In this document: positions 1 through 14,600 of the stretch, piece after piece
Position numbering within the stretch: position 1 is the first letter of the stretch
Layout of the letters: each line of letters starts with the position of its first letter
Assembly: GCA_964187785.1 (NCBI GenBank)
Contig: OZ076409.1
Location: forward strand, 84,198,001 to 84,262,000
Reading direction: 5' to 3'
DNA: 64,000 nucleotides
Source: Amphiscolops sp. MND2022
Taxonomy: Eukaryota
Made by a program: the position numbers and the translations under genes
The notes under the pieces: generated by a model
The model's database searches: none
Told to the model about the DNA's origin: nothing
The model's input: the letters and a program-made list of their open reading frames with translations, nothing else

Positions 1-96
1 ATTTCTACTTTAATCTTTTTTTTGAAACAAAAAAATTCATTATTAAAAGAATCATATCTGGAATACCAATACACTCTTGTTTAATCATTATTTAGC

Positions 97-540
97 GCAC
101 AATTACATGTAATCACTGTACAAGTTTACACCGCCTTTAATTCTTCTCGGACTAAAGAAAATGTAACTACTAAGCGTAGACGAAGTTTCGCATTCGCATT
201 TGAATGCAGGCGAAGCTCTCAACGAACGATTAATTAACACTCATTCGCTTCATCTCAATAACTCGGGGCAACGAAAACACAATTACGAACATTCGCTCGC
301 TTCATCTCAATGACGTCAGCATACGAATAGATAATTACCACTCGCTCGTTCCATCGCACTAGAATTGAATTGTTGTCGGCAGCTTGAGAAATTTATTTCC
401 CACGCTTACAGTCACTGCCGAACAAAATATCTGAATGATTCAGTATCACGACAAGAATTGTACTGAAAAAAAGTAGAAAGTTTGAGGTTACAATATTCCT
501 GCTAAAGCAGAAATATTAAAAACACGATGTAAAATAGATA
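97..540 (+). repeat. Dispersed repeat with internal cactcgctcgcttcatc subrepeats; second copy at about 17421-17760
   Basis: Long colinear similarity between 97-540 and 17421-17760 (e.g. agaattgaattg.gtcggcagct.gagaaa, cactgccgaacaaaa). Confidence 0.75.
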
Positions 541-712
541 AAGTTTCAGGAACTTTTGTATTTAAACTTTGCCGAAATTCTTGGTTTTCGAACGTTTACC
601 CATAATACTTTTGTCCTGATTGTTTTTCACAATCAAGAGTGCGGATGAATTGCCCCAGCTATATTCTTTAATCACAGGACTACGTAAGTCAAGGATGTGA
701 CTATTTGTTTAC

Positions 713-856
713 CTGTTAGGTATGGCTGAATAGACAGGCGGCGTGTGATTTTCAGAGCGCTTAGGAGTGGATGGAAGCCCTGCATGGTGCCTGTGGTTCT
801 CCGAAGACGAAGACCAGTTGTGGTTGTTCACACTCGTAGCATCTTCGATTTGCTCA
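713..856 (-). CDS. Putative internal coding exon (Ser/His/Pro-rich), possibly of the same minus-strand gene as 1239-1480
   Basis: On - strand: acceptor ctgtcAG, 144-nt open reading EQIEDATSVNNHNWSSSSENHRHHAGLPSTPKRSENHTPPVYSAIPN, donor AG|GTAAAC; GC-richer than flanks. No recognisable domain. Confidence 0.4.
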
Positions 857-912
857 CTGACAGTTCAGAGATGAGATGACCAACAATTTATTTCAGGGAA
901 CATCCAGTTAGA

Positions 913-1102
913 ATCAAGAAAACCATCTGTTCTTTTGAAGCAAACAAGCATCACTTTCCTCCAGAAATAATTTCTAGCTAACAAAAATGGTATTCAGAAA
1001 ACTCATGGTATCAAGAAAACCATCTGTTCTTTTGAAGCAAACAAGCATCACTTTCCTACAGAAATAATTTCTAGCTCATAAAAATGGTATTCAGAAAACT
1101 CA
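913..1102 (+). repeat. Tandem duplication, about 97-bp unit x2
   Basis: atcaagaaaaccatctgttcttttgaagcaaacaagcatcactttcct... at 913 and 1010. Confidence 0.9.
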
Positions 1103-1238
1103 AAATTACTATGCAAAATCAGCATCTCAAAATCGGTACGATTCCAAAGCTTCAATAAACTTATAAATGCGCAAAACTAAAACATTTCACTAGCTCATCT
1201 GCAAAAAAAAAATTTTCCAGAAGTAGTAAAACATCTAC

Positions 1239-1480
1239 TTTTTGAATACTTCTTCGGAATGTTTTTCCTGATCGTAAGAAGAATTGGTCGTCCCTAGTGG
1301 AGTTACTGGGCGTGGTAGGCGTTGGTTCGGCACTGCTATTGGTACTAGCGGAGGATAGCATGGAGCGGAACTCTTCCGAGAGCCACATACCGCGCACGGT
1401 GTGTTCATGTGAAGTGCTTCTGTACACCAGAAAGCGAAGCCCAACTATCCATAAATCCGCACACTCGGGTGTCGTGGCCA
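1239..1480 (-). CDS. Putative exon of a phospholipase C / PLC-like (PRIP) gene: end of PH domain leading into the EF-hand region
   Basis: Acceptor ttgtttcAG at 1482-1481; peptide VATTPECADLWIVGLRFLVYRS...RGMWLSEEF resembles the PLC PH-domain C-terminal helix (xAxxWxxGLRxL) followed by the RxxWLxxxF start of the EF-hand region. Donor position uncertain. Confidence 0.55.
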
Positions 1481-4458
1481 CTGAAACAAATCACACTTTC
1501 AAGTGAAAAACTCTAAGCACCCTTCAAATACTGTTTCAATGGAAATGAAAATCACATTTTCTCGGAAAATCTCCAAAATTTGTGATTAAAATTCGATACC
1601 CCATCGAAAAATCAGTAAGAACGTTTTTTGTTACCGATAAAAACTCCGATCGAAGTATGAAAAGCTAAAATGGCAGCTAAATCGGTTTTCGATATTTTGA
1701 GAAAAAAAACAAGCAATCTAGGTTATTTTCAGCAGTTTGAGAGGCAAAAAAAACTTCAAGGTGAAACGAAATTATTTTCAATTAGTGATGACGCTATCGT
1801 ACAATACCAAGAGATCGGTGTGATTGGGAATACATTGCAGATGTATGCAACCCTTCCTTATCTAATGGCGACAATAGATTCAAAATGGATTGAAGGCTAC
1901 CGAATTCTTCACAATTCGCAAATTTTGTAACTGAATTGATACATTCGACGTTGGGAATTACATCCAATGAAACAGAAATGTGAAAATTCAACTGGAGGTT
2001 GTACGATCATATAACAGAGCCAGAAAATTCATCCATATGACAGTCTACCCATATACATGAAGCATTTCCTGGCCAAGAACTAGTTCTCAGAACAAGTTAT
2101 TGGGAAACAACACAAATATGCTATCGCTTGACACAAGCCGAGACCATCTTACGTCGGCGCAACGCTTCAGGCCTAGACAGCGTAACGAACCATTTCCAAA
2201 AAAACTGAAGACGTTTCATTTCATTTCCCCAAACTCTCACTCCCCCCCCCCAAAAAAAAAAAACAAATAGGGAACCTTTCAGACTTACAAAAGGCTTTTA
2301 CACAACTGAGAACAAAAAAAAACAAAGGGGTGGCCTTTAGTGAAACGGAAAAAGAACAAAAAGTAGTAACACAGTGTCAAAAAAGCCAGAGGGGGCCTTT
2401 TGGTATCGTCTAGCCTTGGAAAAGCCGTGAACATATATTATATCAAACATTGATGCATTTTAGACTTGCTACAGGAAGATATGATACTGAACAAATTCTA
2501 GAAAAAATGAATATATCGGTGCAAAACTGAAGAAAAAACAAAACAGCTACTGCAATAGAATAGAATATTACTTTATTTAATTGCTGGCATATAATACAAC
2601 TTGTCAATCAACAAAATAACAAACCGGGATCGGCCTTTTTGGTTCAGTTCCTTGGGCCAACAGGTACAATTTTTTGGCGTCTTCTCAAAATTTTGTAGAA
2701 CTTTTGTTAGAACTATTTTGGTCACTTCAGGTGGTCTTAAAAAACACTGACGAGAAGCCATGACTATAGTCGATTCTTTTCTCCGAGAAAAAAACAGGTG
2801 ACCAGATCAAAAAAAGTTTTCACCAACTTTGCAAACCAAAGTGTAATTATTCTTTCCCATGGGTTAATCTCCGGATTGCAAATATGATTAATTGAAAAGT
2901 TCGAAAAGCTCTATTATTGAATATATTCTAGAGATTAAAAATCTCGAATGAGCCTTTTCTGATTTCTGTTGAAACTTTCCGCAGCACCAGAAATTACCTA
3001 ATAATACTTCAACCAGTTGTTTGTTTTCGGAATAATATTTCTTGAAGATCTTTGATTTCATTTTGTTATACTTTTCATTGTGGGGAATAAGCCCCTTTGC
3101 CTCTTTTGACTTTTTTTTTCGTCTGAAAACAGACTTACAGACTTAAATGGCGATACAATACGCAGTTTTTAAACAAATTGATCATCAGATAGCTGAGAAA
3201 CTATTCCAAGACTGTTCGGGTGTTGTTGCTTCTATCTAAGCACGCTATAGAATTGTTACGTTTTTCGAAAACAATTCACGTTCAGTATTCTTTTCAGCGC
3301 TTCATCATGAAATTGAGTTCTTATCGACGTAAAAACTAGGATAAGATATTCACAGGAGTTTACCCCTTGCATATAACCGACAAAAGCTTCTGTTCAATTA
3401 ATTTCAGTACTGCCGAAAATCGAACTTGTTTCAAAATTGAATGAAAAATACAAAATTCTCAATCGCGGAAAGTATATTTTCACTATTATATCTCACGGTA
3501 GTTGTCAAAACTAGTTCAGCTGATTGTATAGTTATGTCCACCTGAAATTCTGTTTTGCTATATTCTTTTGCTAATACTTTTGATTTTCCTGTCAATGAAA
3601 GACAACAAAAGCCCCCTCAATCCACTCATTCAAAAGAACAAACAAGAAAACAAAATGGAAACAGCAGAAAAGTAGTCCTTAAATGAGTTAAACCAACAAA
3701 AAACCTTTAGCATTCAATTGAACCAATTTTCAGTGTTCGCTTTTTTAGAAGCGTTTTGGTTAAACAAACACTGAAGTTGGGGAAAAACCCAGAAAACACT
3801 TAAAACCCAAAATGGCTTTACAGTTTACCTTGTGATTGGCAGCATCTCAACAGTTTAGCCCTGCTTGAAATTTGGGTAAATTCCTAAGAAGCTTTCAAGA
3901 ACAATAGTCATTTCGAAAACTTTCTAGAAACAAAAATAATTAACCTTTTATTTTATTTCAAAAACAAAGTGACTTCAAGAAGAGGCGACGTTTCAACGCC
4001 AATATGCCATTTCTATTCAAACTGCTGAATAAAAGTCAGCTGTAAGACTCCCAATCGTCTTTTTAACCAACAAGACCAATTGGTAGTTGAAATTAGGCGT
4101 CTTGAAATCGCTAGAAGGCAATGAGAGTCGCTTAATTTAGTAGATTATAAAAGTTCATCCAAATTTAGCATATCAGAAACGGTCATCCATGAAATAACAT
4201 CCTTTACCTTCCATAACAGCCTTATACCTGGGGTCACGAAGAACACCGAAAATTGCCGAAGTAAGACTGAAACTGACAGAAACAAGTACAACTACTGGCA
4301 TTAAAAGAAACTTTTAATTTCTCGTGACAGTATGGGTTGGTTCACTATGATTTCACACAACATTCATTCTACAACACATTCATTTCACACCATTTTAATT
4401 ATTCAAATGCGTCTCAGATTAATTATTACTGTCACAATTTCAATCTTAGCGCTAAAAG

Positions 4459-6312
4459 AACAAGAGGGAAGGGAACGTCTAAAGTCGGCGCTATATCTAA
4501 GGCTCAAAAAGCGCAGTTTTTAAAATATGCGTAGGACGCTTTCACAGAGAACTCTTGTTTCGAACCTCGGCCTCTTCCTTAGTAAAACGGATATAATTTT
4601 AGATTTTAGAATATATAAATATAGAACGGATATAACGTCATTTTCGGATATACCGCTTTACTCTGGATAGTACGTCAAAATTTCGGATAGTATTGAAAAG
4701 AAAATTTGTGGGTATATCTTGAGAATACCTAATTTCAGACGAAAAATGAGAATTTTCAAAGAGTCTCATAGTGCCAAAAGTGTAAAACGGTATACCTTTT
4801 TGGCTTTTTGAAATTCTAGTTTTAAACTATCAATATTTCAAAATATCAAAATATTTGAAGGGGTATCCTGTGGAGACAGAGAAAAAAATTTTCGGAAAAA
4901 ATGCATAGTGCCGAAAAAATTGACAGGGGACCCTTTAGTCTCGTTCGGTTTTGTATGTTACGTTAAAAAAGGAAAACATGAAAGGGGGACCCTGTGCACT
5001 CAGTTTCCGCTGGCCGGACTAGTAGTTTTAGTAGTTTCTAAAAAAATGGACCTTTTAGTGTGAGGTCTGTGGTCTAGAGAAAACAAGCCGGGAACGGCCC
5101 AAGTCGGCGCCATATCTAAGGCTCAAAAACAGCAAAAGGACTTCAAAGTGTCAAAGTATTCTCTTCTACGGTACCGGAAAAACCCAAAAGTTGAACCGAA
5201 TTGGCGCACCAGAGGGGACACTTTGAGATTTTTCATCCATTGTCGCAAATCAAAAAAAAATGAAGGAGGGGCACTTTTGGTGAAAAAAATTTTTTTTGAA
5301 AAAAAGTCTCAATGCCGAAAAAACTGAAAGGGGGGACCCTTTGGATTTTTCAACATCCGTTCTGTCGGAAAACTCCAAAAAAATTGAAGGGGGGACCCTT
5401 TGGGGATTTTTTTTCGAAAAAAAAGTCTCACAGCGCCGAAAATACTCTAAGGCAGTACCCTTTGGTCCCTTTGAGTTTCTTAGATGATGTAAAAATACTA
5501 CTTCGCAAGCTTTTGCGCCAGTATTTTAAATTTGCTAAGTAAGAATGGTAAGATTTTAAGATTGTAAGAAAAGTGGACCTTTCAGTGTGAGGATTGTAGT
5601 CTGAAGAAAAAAAGAAAAAAAAGGTCACTGCTGTAGTCGGGCATTTTTCCTTAAAAGGAAAACGCGCCGACTAACAAGACGGGAACGTCTAAAGTCGGCG
5701 CTATATCTAAGGCTCCAAAAGCGCAAAGATTTTTAAATATGGCCAGGACGTATCCATGTAAAGCTTTGAAAACAGTTTCAAGACACCCAAAGTGCACCTT
5801 TCATGGTCGATATGACTGGGAAATCACTTTTCCCCCGACTGGGAACAAGAAAAACTTTTTGAAAAAAAAAAGACATCGTACTATTTTCTTTCAAAAAATG
5901 TCCCATAGTGCCGAAAAATGAAAAAGGGGGACCCTTTGGGATTCATTAACATGCATTCTGTTGCAAAATATCAAAAAACTCGAAGGGGGGGGACTCTTTT
6001 GAGACATTAAAAAATTTCGCACAGTGCGGAAAAAAAATTGAAAGGAGGGACCCTTTGGCCTCGTCTGGTTTTGTAGGTTACTTAAAAAAGGTGAAAATGG
6101 AAGGGGGACCCTTTGCACCAAGTTTGCATTGGCCGGACTTGGCCTGAGTAGTTTTAGTAGTTTCTGTAAAAAGTGGTACATACACGATGAGGTCTGTGGT
6201 TTGACGAAAAAAAAAGAATAAAACTAACTACTGTAATAGTCGGGCTCTTTTCACTAGAAAAGCGCCGACTAAAAAAGGGTCACTGTAAGAGTCGCAAAAG
6301 CGCCGACTAAAA
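4459..6312 (+). mobile_element. Head-to-tail array of about 3 Helentron/DINE-like non-autonomous elements
   Basis: Units start aacaag..gggaacg...aagtcggcgc (4459, 5082, 5673) and end ...gcgccgactaa(aa) (5672, 6270); subterminal inverted agtcggcgc/gcgccgact; internal aaagggggaccctttg / tgccgaaaaa subrepeats; no TSD, A-run flanks. Confidence 0.65.
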
Positions 6313-7159
6313 ACGTCTTGAATCGAATCACCGATAATTAACGGATACTTGCTATGTGACTCACGAAAACAGAACCCAAAAATTTCACTCATGGGAATTT
6401 TATTAATCTTTCACACTTGAACAAGAGACTCAAAAATTCTTTCTGTCAATCGTTCAAAAAGTTCTTGTTGCGTGGTTGAATCTTACTATAGATGCTGCGA
6501 ATTTTCAGAAAAAATTTACTTCCTACTTGCGTATGACCAGAACCTGACGATCAAATCAAAGCTCACACGAATAGTTTAGTTATATTCGGTTTATTAAGGC
6601 GAGACGCTTTTAAATAATTACAAGGTGGGGTGAAAAGTTATGGGGTGAAATGAACGCACATTGATATCATCAAATAGAGGTTCCATTCCTTTACCTCAGG
6701 AGTGTAACACCATATTTCGTCCAATTTTCTTGAAGAGCACTAGAAGTCAAAAATTGAGGAAAACTTAAGAAAATGCGTGGGGCGGAAAAATAATTTTTGC
6801 CCAGACACCCCAGTAAGTGGACCCGAGGCACTCCTAAAAACTGAGTTGGCAGTCGTGAATTATTTCCGACAACTATGAAATATTTTCAGCAACTGAGCAC
6901 ATATTATTGCTGTCACTATAATTGATTACGTGTTCACAAAATTTGATCGCAAATTTATCCTTTGGGTTTTATCATTCATTAAATTATCACCAGGAATGGA
7001 CAATTTCTGTGAAATATGGCTCAAAGAAAGTTTAATTCAACTGAAGAGCTATATGAAATATTTCATGAAACAAAAAAATGAATTAAAACCACTCAGTTGG
7101 GACAGAGAACGAGCTTATCAGTTCTTCGAGCCTCTGCCCGAGTGAACATATCATTTTAA

Positions 7160-7643
7160 CCCTAATTGACCTGGGCGTTTTTAATTAATTAAAAAATTAA
7201 TATCTCCACAACTACGCGTGGCAGAGAAACGAACTATAGCGCGTTTGAAAGGCCTGGTATTGGGCTTTCATTTTGCTCAGGTGAGCCCCTGTCGTGCGGC
7301 CCGCTGAGCGAGGACTTGTAGTAACAACAGGATATTATTAGGGTTTGTTGCAGAAGGACTTGTCGTGAAAGGGTAAGGGGTTGCTTTGTTCTATTGGTCA
7401 AAGACTTTTGAGAAAACTAGATTTCGTCAAAAACTGAATTCTGGAAAAGTATAACCATTTTTTGTGCAAGAAAACATTTTTCCTAGATTTGGAAACATCT
7501 TCACTTTGTAATATTTGTGCCATTCAAATCAATCTAGGTACCAATGAACGGTTGAAACAAAAATGTGCTAGAGAATATGGGATGTTGGCAAAAGGAAACA
7601 AAAATTGAAAGGCTGCTTTAAAGTACCACTAGGTTAATTAGGG
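7160..7643. mobile_element. piggyBac-type MITE
   Basis: TTAA|CCCTAATTGACCT ... AGGTTAATTAGGG|TTGA: 13-bp TIR (1 mismatch), TTAA-like target duplication, no ORF. Confidence 0.65.
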
Positions 7644-8688
7644 TTGAGAGTACAATGGAAAAAAAGAGAACATCATTTGATATTTCATCGGTAGGGACAA
7701 TCTTGAATTATTTGAAAGGTGATATTGTTTATCAACTCAGCTTGAATATTTCGTTTTGAATTTTCAACCTCAGGGGATAGGCTTTCAGAAATTACCCCAA
7801 CCCCAAGCCATCCAAAACGTAAAGACAATCTATTTTCTTCGTGTGTGTCAATTTGACTTTTCGTCCCATTTACTACCTCGATTGGTATAAGATCGTGTTT
7901 TTTCAGCTAATTGAAAACTTTCCTCAGAGCATTCTATTCTCATGCATTATAAAACAATTATCAAATTGGATGAAGATCGGTCGTTTGCTAACACTCCCAT
8001 TAAAAGCGCAAAAATTGAACAATTTTGAGATCTGTTTGTAACCTACATATAAGAAACGAAGATTGATTTCCAAAAATCCCAAATATCAACCTGTTTTCGA
8101 TTGGAATCGATGATGGTAGAAAGGTGTACTTATGCAATTTTTAGCCTTTTCAAAGCAATTTATGCTTATTCCACCAATCATCACAAAAACAATTCATTTC
8201 TTTATTGAACTACTCTAAGGTACTTGGAGCTGCTTTGACATGTCTAAGGATCATATACAACCAACTGACGTCAAATCCATGATTGAGCACAATCATGAAC
8301 GCGACGATACAATTTTACTAATTTGAATTCTAAAGGCTCTCAAAAAATTTACTTTGCTCCCCTCTTTATGGTACATTTGTTTCTCGTTTCATTTTCTTAT
8401 CCTTAAGCAGCCAATAGCATCAGAATTTGCACTCCTCGAATTTTTCGCGGACAAATAGACCAATTCTGATTGGTATTTGGTGATTTTAAGAAAAAGCGCA
8501 AGTTATTAGGAAGACTCCCCCTCGCTCATTTTATTCGGGATACATTCTTTCTCAGTCCACATCAATCAACAGTAGCCTTCGCGAAATTTGGTTCACCTCA
8601 AATTTTTCCCAATATTCATGAATAAAATTAACTGATTTTTTAAAAATCGAAATCATTTATCAACAATCATGAATTGAGGTACCTTTAC

Positions 8689-11600
8689 ATGGCATTCGGA
8701 ATGAACATCTCAGCCATATTGGACGAGATTGTTGATTCAGACACGGTTTGTGTTGTTTATTACCCTACAGAGTTCAAAATTCTACAGGAAACCAAACCGT
8801 ATCAGCATAGCTTTGAGGGCTTTATTGAACTTCAAACTTTCTTCGAGAAATGTCACGAATTAGCGACGTTACACGAGACATGGGCTGAAGTTCTGAATAT
8901 AATTTTGCGAGTAATTCTAGTGGTAGGCTTCGTTTTCAACAGCTTTTCTCTTGCCATTCTCTTGAGCGATAAATGCAGCACTTCAACGGATGTTTATCTC
9001 ACCAGTGTCACTTTCGGAGATCTCATGGCTTGTGCATCGGCGGCCATTTCTACTCAACTACCCACTCGATTCATCAACTTGCCAGTGCTTATCTTGGCCC
9101 AGATCGCAGGAAACTTGGGTTAGCCATATTCCCATAACGCCGCGTTCATGAGAACGTGAAATTGCAGCTTTCAAAATAGTTCAGTAACTTAGTCTGGCCT
9201 AACTTGAATTTTGAGTGTTTCATGAATTGCCATAGTTGAACATGATTTTGCAATTTTGCCAAGTAAAGAAAACTTTCTTCATTTTCTCTTGTTTGAATGG
9301 TTAGGGCACGAAACAAAAATCATTAGGAAACCCAAAATAATCAAGTTGTCAAAGAGGAATTGAGAACTTGTCAATAACTCTAAATTCTACAAATACGCTT
9401 CTGTTTTGTTGATATTGTTTTTGTGAACTGTTTTCCCCAGCCTCAAACGTAATCAGAACTGAGATTTTTAGCGCAAGGTATGATCAAACCACTGAAAAAC
9501 GTGAGCTGAGCATCTATTGTGAGACGCCGCGTTGTTCAAGATCAATACGTGCTGCTAGTGAATTGCTGAAAAATCGATTCAGATAGTATTATGCATATAG
9601 CGTCGGTAAAAATACTCCGCACAGATTTTTCCGAGTGACAACACAGCCAAGTTTTAGAGAATTGAGACTGATGGAAGGTTTCGAATACTAAGACACTTAC
9701 GAACGACTTCTGAAAAAGTACCTTGCTACATTATTTAAGATGTGTGCCACAATTTTGAGACGACATTAACAGAGAAAGAACCGCTGACTGTTATTATTTA
9801 TAAACGGAAATTGAAGAATGCAACTGTAAGGAAACACTTCAAACGCCACAAATTCCCATCAAACATCTCCCCGACTTAAACTAGAACAAATTTTCAAGAA
9901 GCGCCAATAAGCGATGACTGTATTCAAGCAAAAAATGCAAGTTATAAGTAATAATATTCACGGAGAATTTCCAACAGCAAATTACTGTATGTCTGTCGGT
10001 AAGGAGATTTAGAAACGCGGAGTTTGGATAAATGGAATTTTTATGTAAGTGTCCTTTTGTTTGCAGGTCTTTTCGCATGCATCACCACCATAATGATGTT
10101 CACCATGGAACGGTACATGGTGATTAAGGATCCACTGTCATCACTGCATGCATGCAGCAGAGGCCGCAGCCTCAAAATTGTCGCTGGTATTTGGGCTATT
10201 CTCATCATATACTCCACTGCAGTAGTGTTCATCATGGTCGACTTCGACAACGAAGGTAGGTCCCACTTCGATCGAAAAACTTCATCAAATTCGAAAATCG
10301 CATACAATTTCAGCTATTGCGCATCAAAACCGATTTTTTTGGATTTTATAAATCAAAGATATTGAACTAAGAAAAATTTGAAGGCGGACGGAATAATACA
10401 AGGTCGCGATTAATTCACGAAAGATTGAAATTGATTGCCTATTGGCATGGGAGCCTCTTGGACAACAGGAAAAAAATTTGAAATGCACCCATGATTGGAA
10501 ATACGCAACATAATCAAGTATTCCCTCACAAAATTGTCCCCAAGGAGTCTTAATGCTATTTTCAATAGTTTTTCCATTTTGCTTTCTGAAAATAAATTTA
10601 GTCTTATGGACATTCTTAGTCAACGCTTCATGAAATAAAAAGCGACTATTGCGGTGACTTTTCGTCGTGTTTTTTGTTCAATCCGATCGAAATGACCATT
10701 TCATGTCGAATGTCAAAATATTCAAAATTCTACAAATTGGCAAATTAGTTGGAAGGGTCTCCCCATTTTTCCCACGTACTTATTCGGATTAAATACGTTT
10801 TTTTCGAAACCTAGTAAGTCATTTTCGGAACTGTGCGGCCTTTCGAAAAAAATTGGACAGTGGTAAGTTTTTTGTCCTGGACATTTCACCCGACACAAGT
10901 ACAGTTAAAAGATTTGTCTCCAGTTTGCTGAGAAAAGGAATTAACCGATCGAAATTTTCAAAAGTTCGAACTGTTGTAAAGAAATTGCAGCTTTTGAAAA
11001 CTTCAATTCGCTGAGCCAAAGTTATCTTCCAAAAAGCGCCACTGTAGCGTTAGCTGGTCAATCACAAACGCTAAAAGCGATAGGCGCGTTTTTGGTGAAA
11101 CCTAATTCACTGTTCTTAATGTGCTACAAGTGTTTCATTTCAGGTCAGGGAGGAGGAGCATTCCACCTATCTAGGGGAAGTATCTTGTTCTACATCAACT
11201 TCGTCATATTCTACATCATCCCCATGGCTGTCACTCTCACAGAGTACATTCTAATTCTGAAGCAGGTCAAGAACAGAAGGCGCGAGTTCGAGGTAAAGAA
11301 ACGTTCACAGCAATTCATTTGTTTTGGGTGCCCACATTTGAACCTTACTCTCACACAGCTCTCGATTACTTCTGTGACTTTTCAGGAAACTTTTTTCAGC
11401 ACACGATTTCTTGGAACACATGAAGCGATTCAGGGAGGTTGATGAGAAAGGACGACGTAAATTGTCCTCTTCTAAGAAGAGCGACATCAAACTCATTAAA
11501 TCAAATCTACGACGAGGCGTTGACACGAAAAAAAACATGGGCATTTTCCACAGGCATCAAACTGTACACTTTTGCCTCTTTAACACATTTGTATTGTTTT

Positions 11601-14600
11601 GAACGAAAATTTCCAATTGACTTTTCGAGCAATTGTTTTGAAACTTTTTTTTGGTTATAGGGTCCTGGATCTATCCGGATTCCAACATCATATTTTTGCT
11701 GAACGGGAATATCGCTGGTTTCAGGCCATCAACCAAGATGCGAGCGGCAGACATTCGAACATCGGCGCGGTTGCCAACAATGCTTCGGCCCAAATCAAAT
11801 CAACACCGGACCAAGGAGGCGCTAGCAGTGTTCACCAGGAGAGCAACAACGCTAAAGGCAAAGTCTCGACGAGCACTAATGCATCTTATGCCTCGACAGC
11901 CCAACACGATCCCGCTGTAGCGTCCATGCAGGCGCGAGCTAACCAGCAGAGCAGCAACGGCGACTATGAACCGCAAGCTCAAACCGACAGCTTCAAAAGA
12001 GTAAGATATTTCTCAGGGAAAGAATGAAACCAGTCTGGAAACCAAAGTACAAGTCTGGAAACCAAACCTTGAAGAGGGATTATTCATCTATTTCAAATAG
12101 ATTTTAAAATAGTTCCCGGCTTGCTTTCCCCGAGAAACATTTTTGGAAGCGCCGATTTCATGCATCCACAAAAACAGAAAAATACCAGCCGTTTCATTAA
12201 AACCATAGCATAACTATTAAAACCATAGCATAACTAGGGTACATTTTGATTGCTGTATCATCTCGACTGGAAGCTTACTTCTAGTAACATTGCTACACAA
12301 TCCCTGTTGTTTCAGATGGTGAATCGATTCATTCTTCTGTTGGTGTCATTCTTGGTGCTCATGTCGCCATACCGAATGTTCAGTCTCATCATGAGTGTGG
12401 CTGTCAATCACTTAGGAGTACAAGCAGAGGGTTTCACTTTTCTGCTGCTCAAAATAGCAGAAGCTATCGTCATCATCGTATTCGCTACCAACAGCATCGT
12501 GCACCCGATACTGTACAATTTCCTCACACTACGATTCAGGTGGGTCCTGCTTTCATCTCTCAAAATATCAGCAAAAAGTAAACACAACAGGAGTTATACA
12601 AAAATTCAACTGCGCAAAAAACACTTGAAAAGTGGTAGATGGCAATGATTAAGCAAAAACCTTGAAAATCACGTCACAATTAGCAGTGTTATACAAGGCC
12701 AAGCTGGGCAATCATGCTTTGATTCCAGAATCAATTGACAAAAAGGTTGATGATTCGATTAGGACGAGTGGTCAGTCAACTTTGTCTAACGCACCTCAAC
12801 GCTCAAGGGCCCAAAGATACAAGTCTTGAAAGTTAATAACAGCTAAATCATCACGACAGAGGTGTTAAGATTAAGCGATGTAATACTTCTGTAGTACCAC
12901 AATGGTACCACCACTACACGAATTTTCGGCCGTCTTATTGTCTCGAATTGCGTTTTTATTCCACAAAAGCTTCTGATTGACTAATGACTGCACCGAAAAT
13001 GCTCCAAGGACCCAAAACGGATATCATTAAAGAGAAGTAGTAGGACTCGAATAACAGCAAAGTTTTTCATTTCTGAATACTGGGAAAAACCCAAGCGGAA
13101 GCAGGGAAACAATATTCAAATACCATTACGTCCACATCTTTTGCAATGAAAATAAACAAGCCGGGAACGGCCCAAGTCGGCGACATATCAAAGGCTCAAA
13201 AATAGCAAAAGGACTTCAAAGTGTCAAGTATTCTCTTCTACAGTACCCGCATGAAGAAAAAATTGAAAAAAAAATCGAATTTCTTTTCAATTTTTTTGGT
13301 CCCCGGTATGTCACATAGTGCCGAAAAATGTAAAAGGGGACCTCAAAAAAGCCTAATTAACCTCTATCTCAAGAGCCAGTAGAAGTAGTGTGGCATTTAG
13401 TGTTAGTTCAAGTCAGCTTATAGAGCTTATAAAATCTGTCACTTCGTTGGTCTTAACAAGTCGGGACCGGCCCAAGTCGGCGCCATATCCAAGGCTCAAA
13501 AATAGCAAAAGGACTTCCAAGAGTCAATTTACAGTACTCGAAAATTTTTGTCGCAGTTGAAGGGGGGACCTTTTGGAGAAAAAAATTTTAGAAAAAAGTC
13601 TCACAATGCCGAAAAACTGAAGGGGGACCCTTTGGAGTTTTTCAACATCCATTCTGTTGCAAAACAAGAAATTGAAGGGGGAATTTTTTTCGGGAAAATG
13701 TCTCACAATGCCGAAAAACTGAAAGGGGGGACCCTTTGGGATTTTCCAACATCCATTCTGACGCAAAACAGCAAAAAAATTGAAGGGGAAAATTTTCCAA
13801 AAAAAGTCTCGCAGTGCCGAAAAAAATTGAAAGAGGGGACCCTTTGGTCTCGCCCGGTATGGTATGCTACGCGGAAAAACAGGAAAAACCTTTTTGGTTC
13901 AGTTCGCTAGGCCAAATGGTGCAATTTGGTGCAATAATATTTTGTAGAACTTTTAAGAACTATTTTGGTCAGTTCGTGTGGATTGAAAAAAGTCACTATA
14001 ATAGTCGCATTTCACTTCATGAAGCGCGGACTAAAAATGGTATTTTATTGCTGGGTGTCAAAACAACTGAGAGACAATCCTCAGTATTTGTAACCATATA
14101 AACCTCTTTCATCAGTGAAATATGCATTTTGCAAGATTATATATGCGCTTTCGTGTTGGGGGATCCGCAACCTGGGGGGTGAAAAAAAGTACCGAAAGAA
14201 GAAAGATGTTCCGAAAAATGTAGTGAAGAAAAATACACTAAATACAAAGAAAATACAATGAAGAAAAACTACGATGCCATTATTGCGCATCGAAACAATT
14301 ATTTGAATAATCAGATTAGCGGACGGCATTAAGGTTTCGTTCAATTCTCCTGCTAGAAATAGCTTAACGATGTGTTTCATTTTCAGATGGAAAGTTGAGA
14401 AGCAACTGCAGAAGCTGAGGAATGCAGTTAAGTGCAAGCGATTCGGGAGTCGATCAGCGAACAACCATCAGAATCAGCCGATTCAACAGCCGCCAAGGTC
14501 AAATACGGAGCCCGGGGTCAAGATCATGATGACCTCGACTGACCACAACCCGGTCAACGGTCAAGAGGAAAACGAGATGGCCGACTACGCGGCCAACAAT

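Noticed and set aside
5296..6181. ORFs with KGGPF/KGDPL repeats (also at 13.5, 15.7, 20.5 and 29.4 kb)
   Set aside because: Translations of the non-coding repeat family.
11386..11724. Additional GPCR exons at acceptors 11386 or 11661
   Set aside because: They give stops or phase mismatches; the direct 11292 to 11725 splice keeps the frame.
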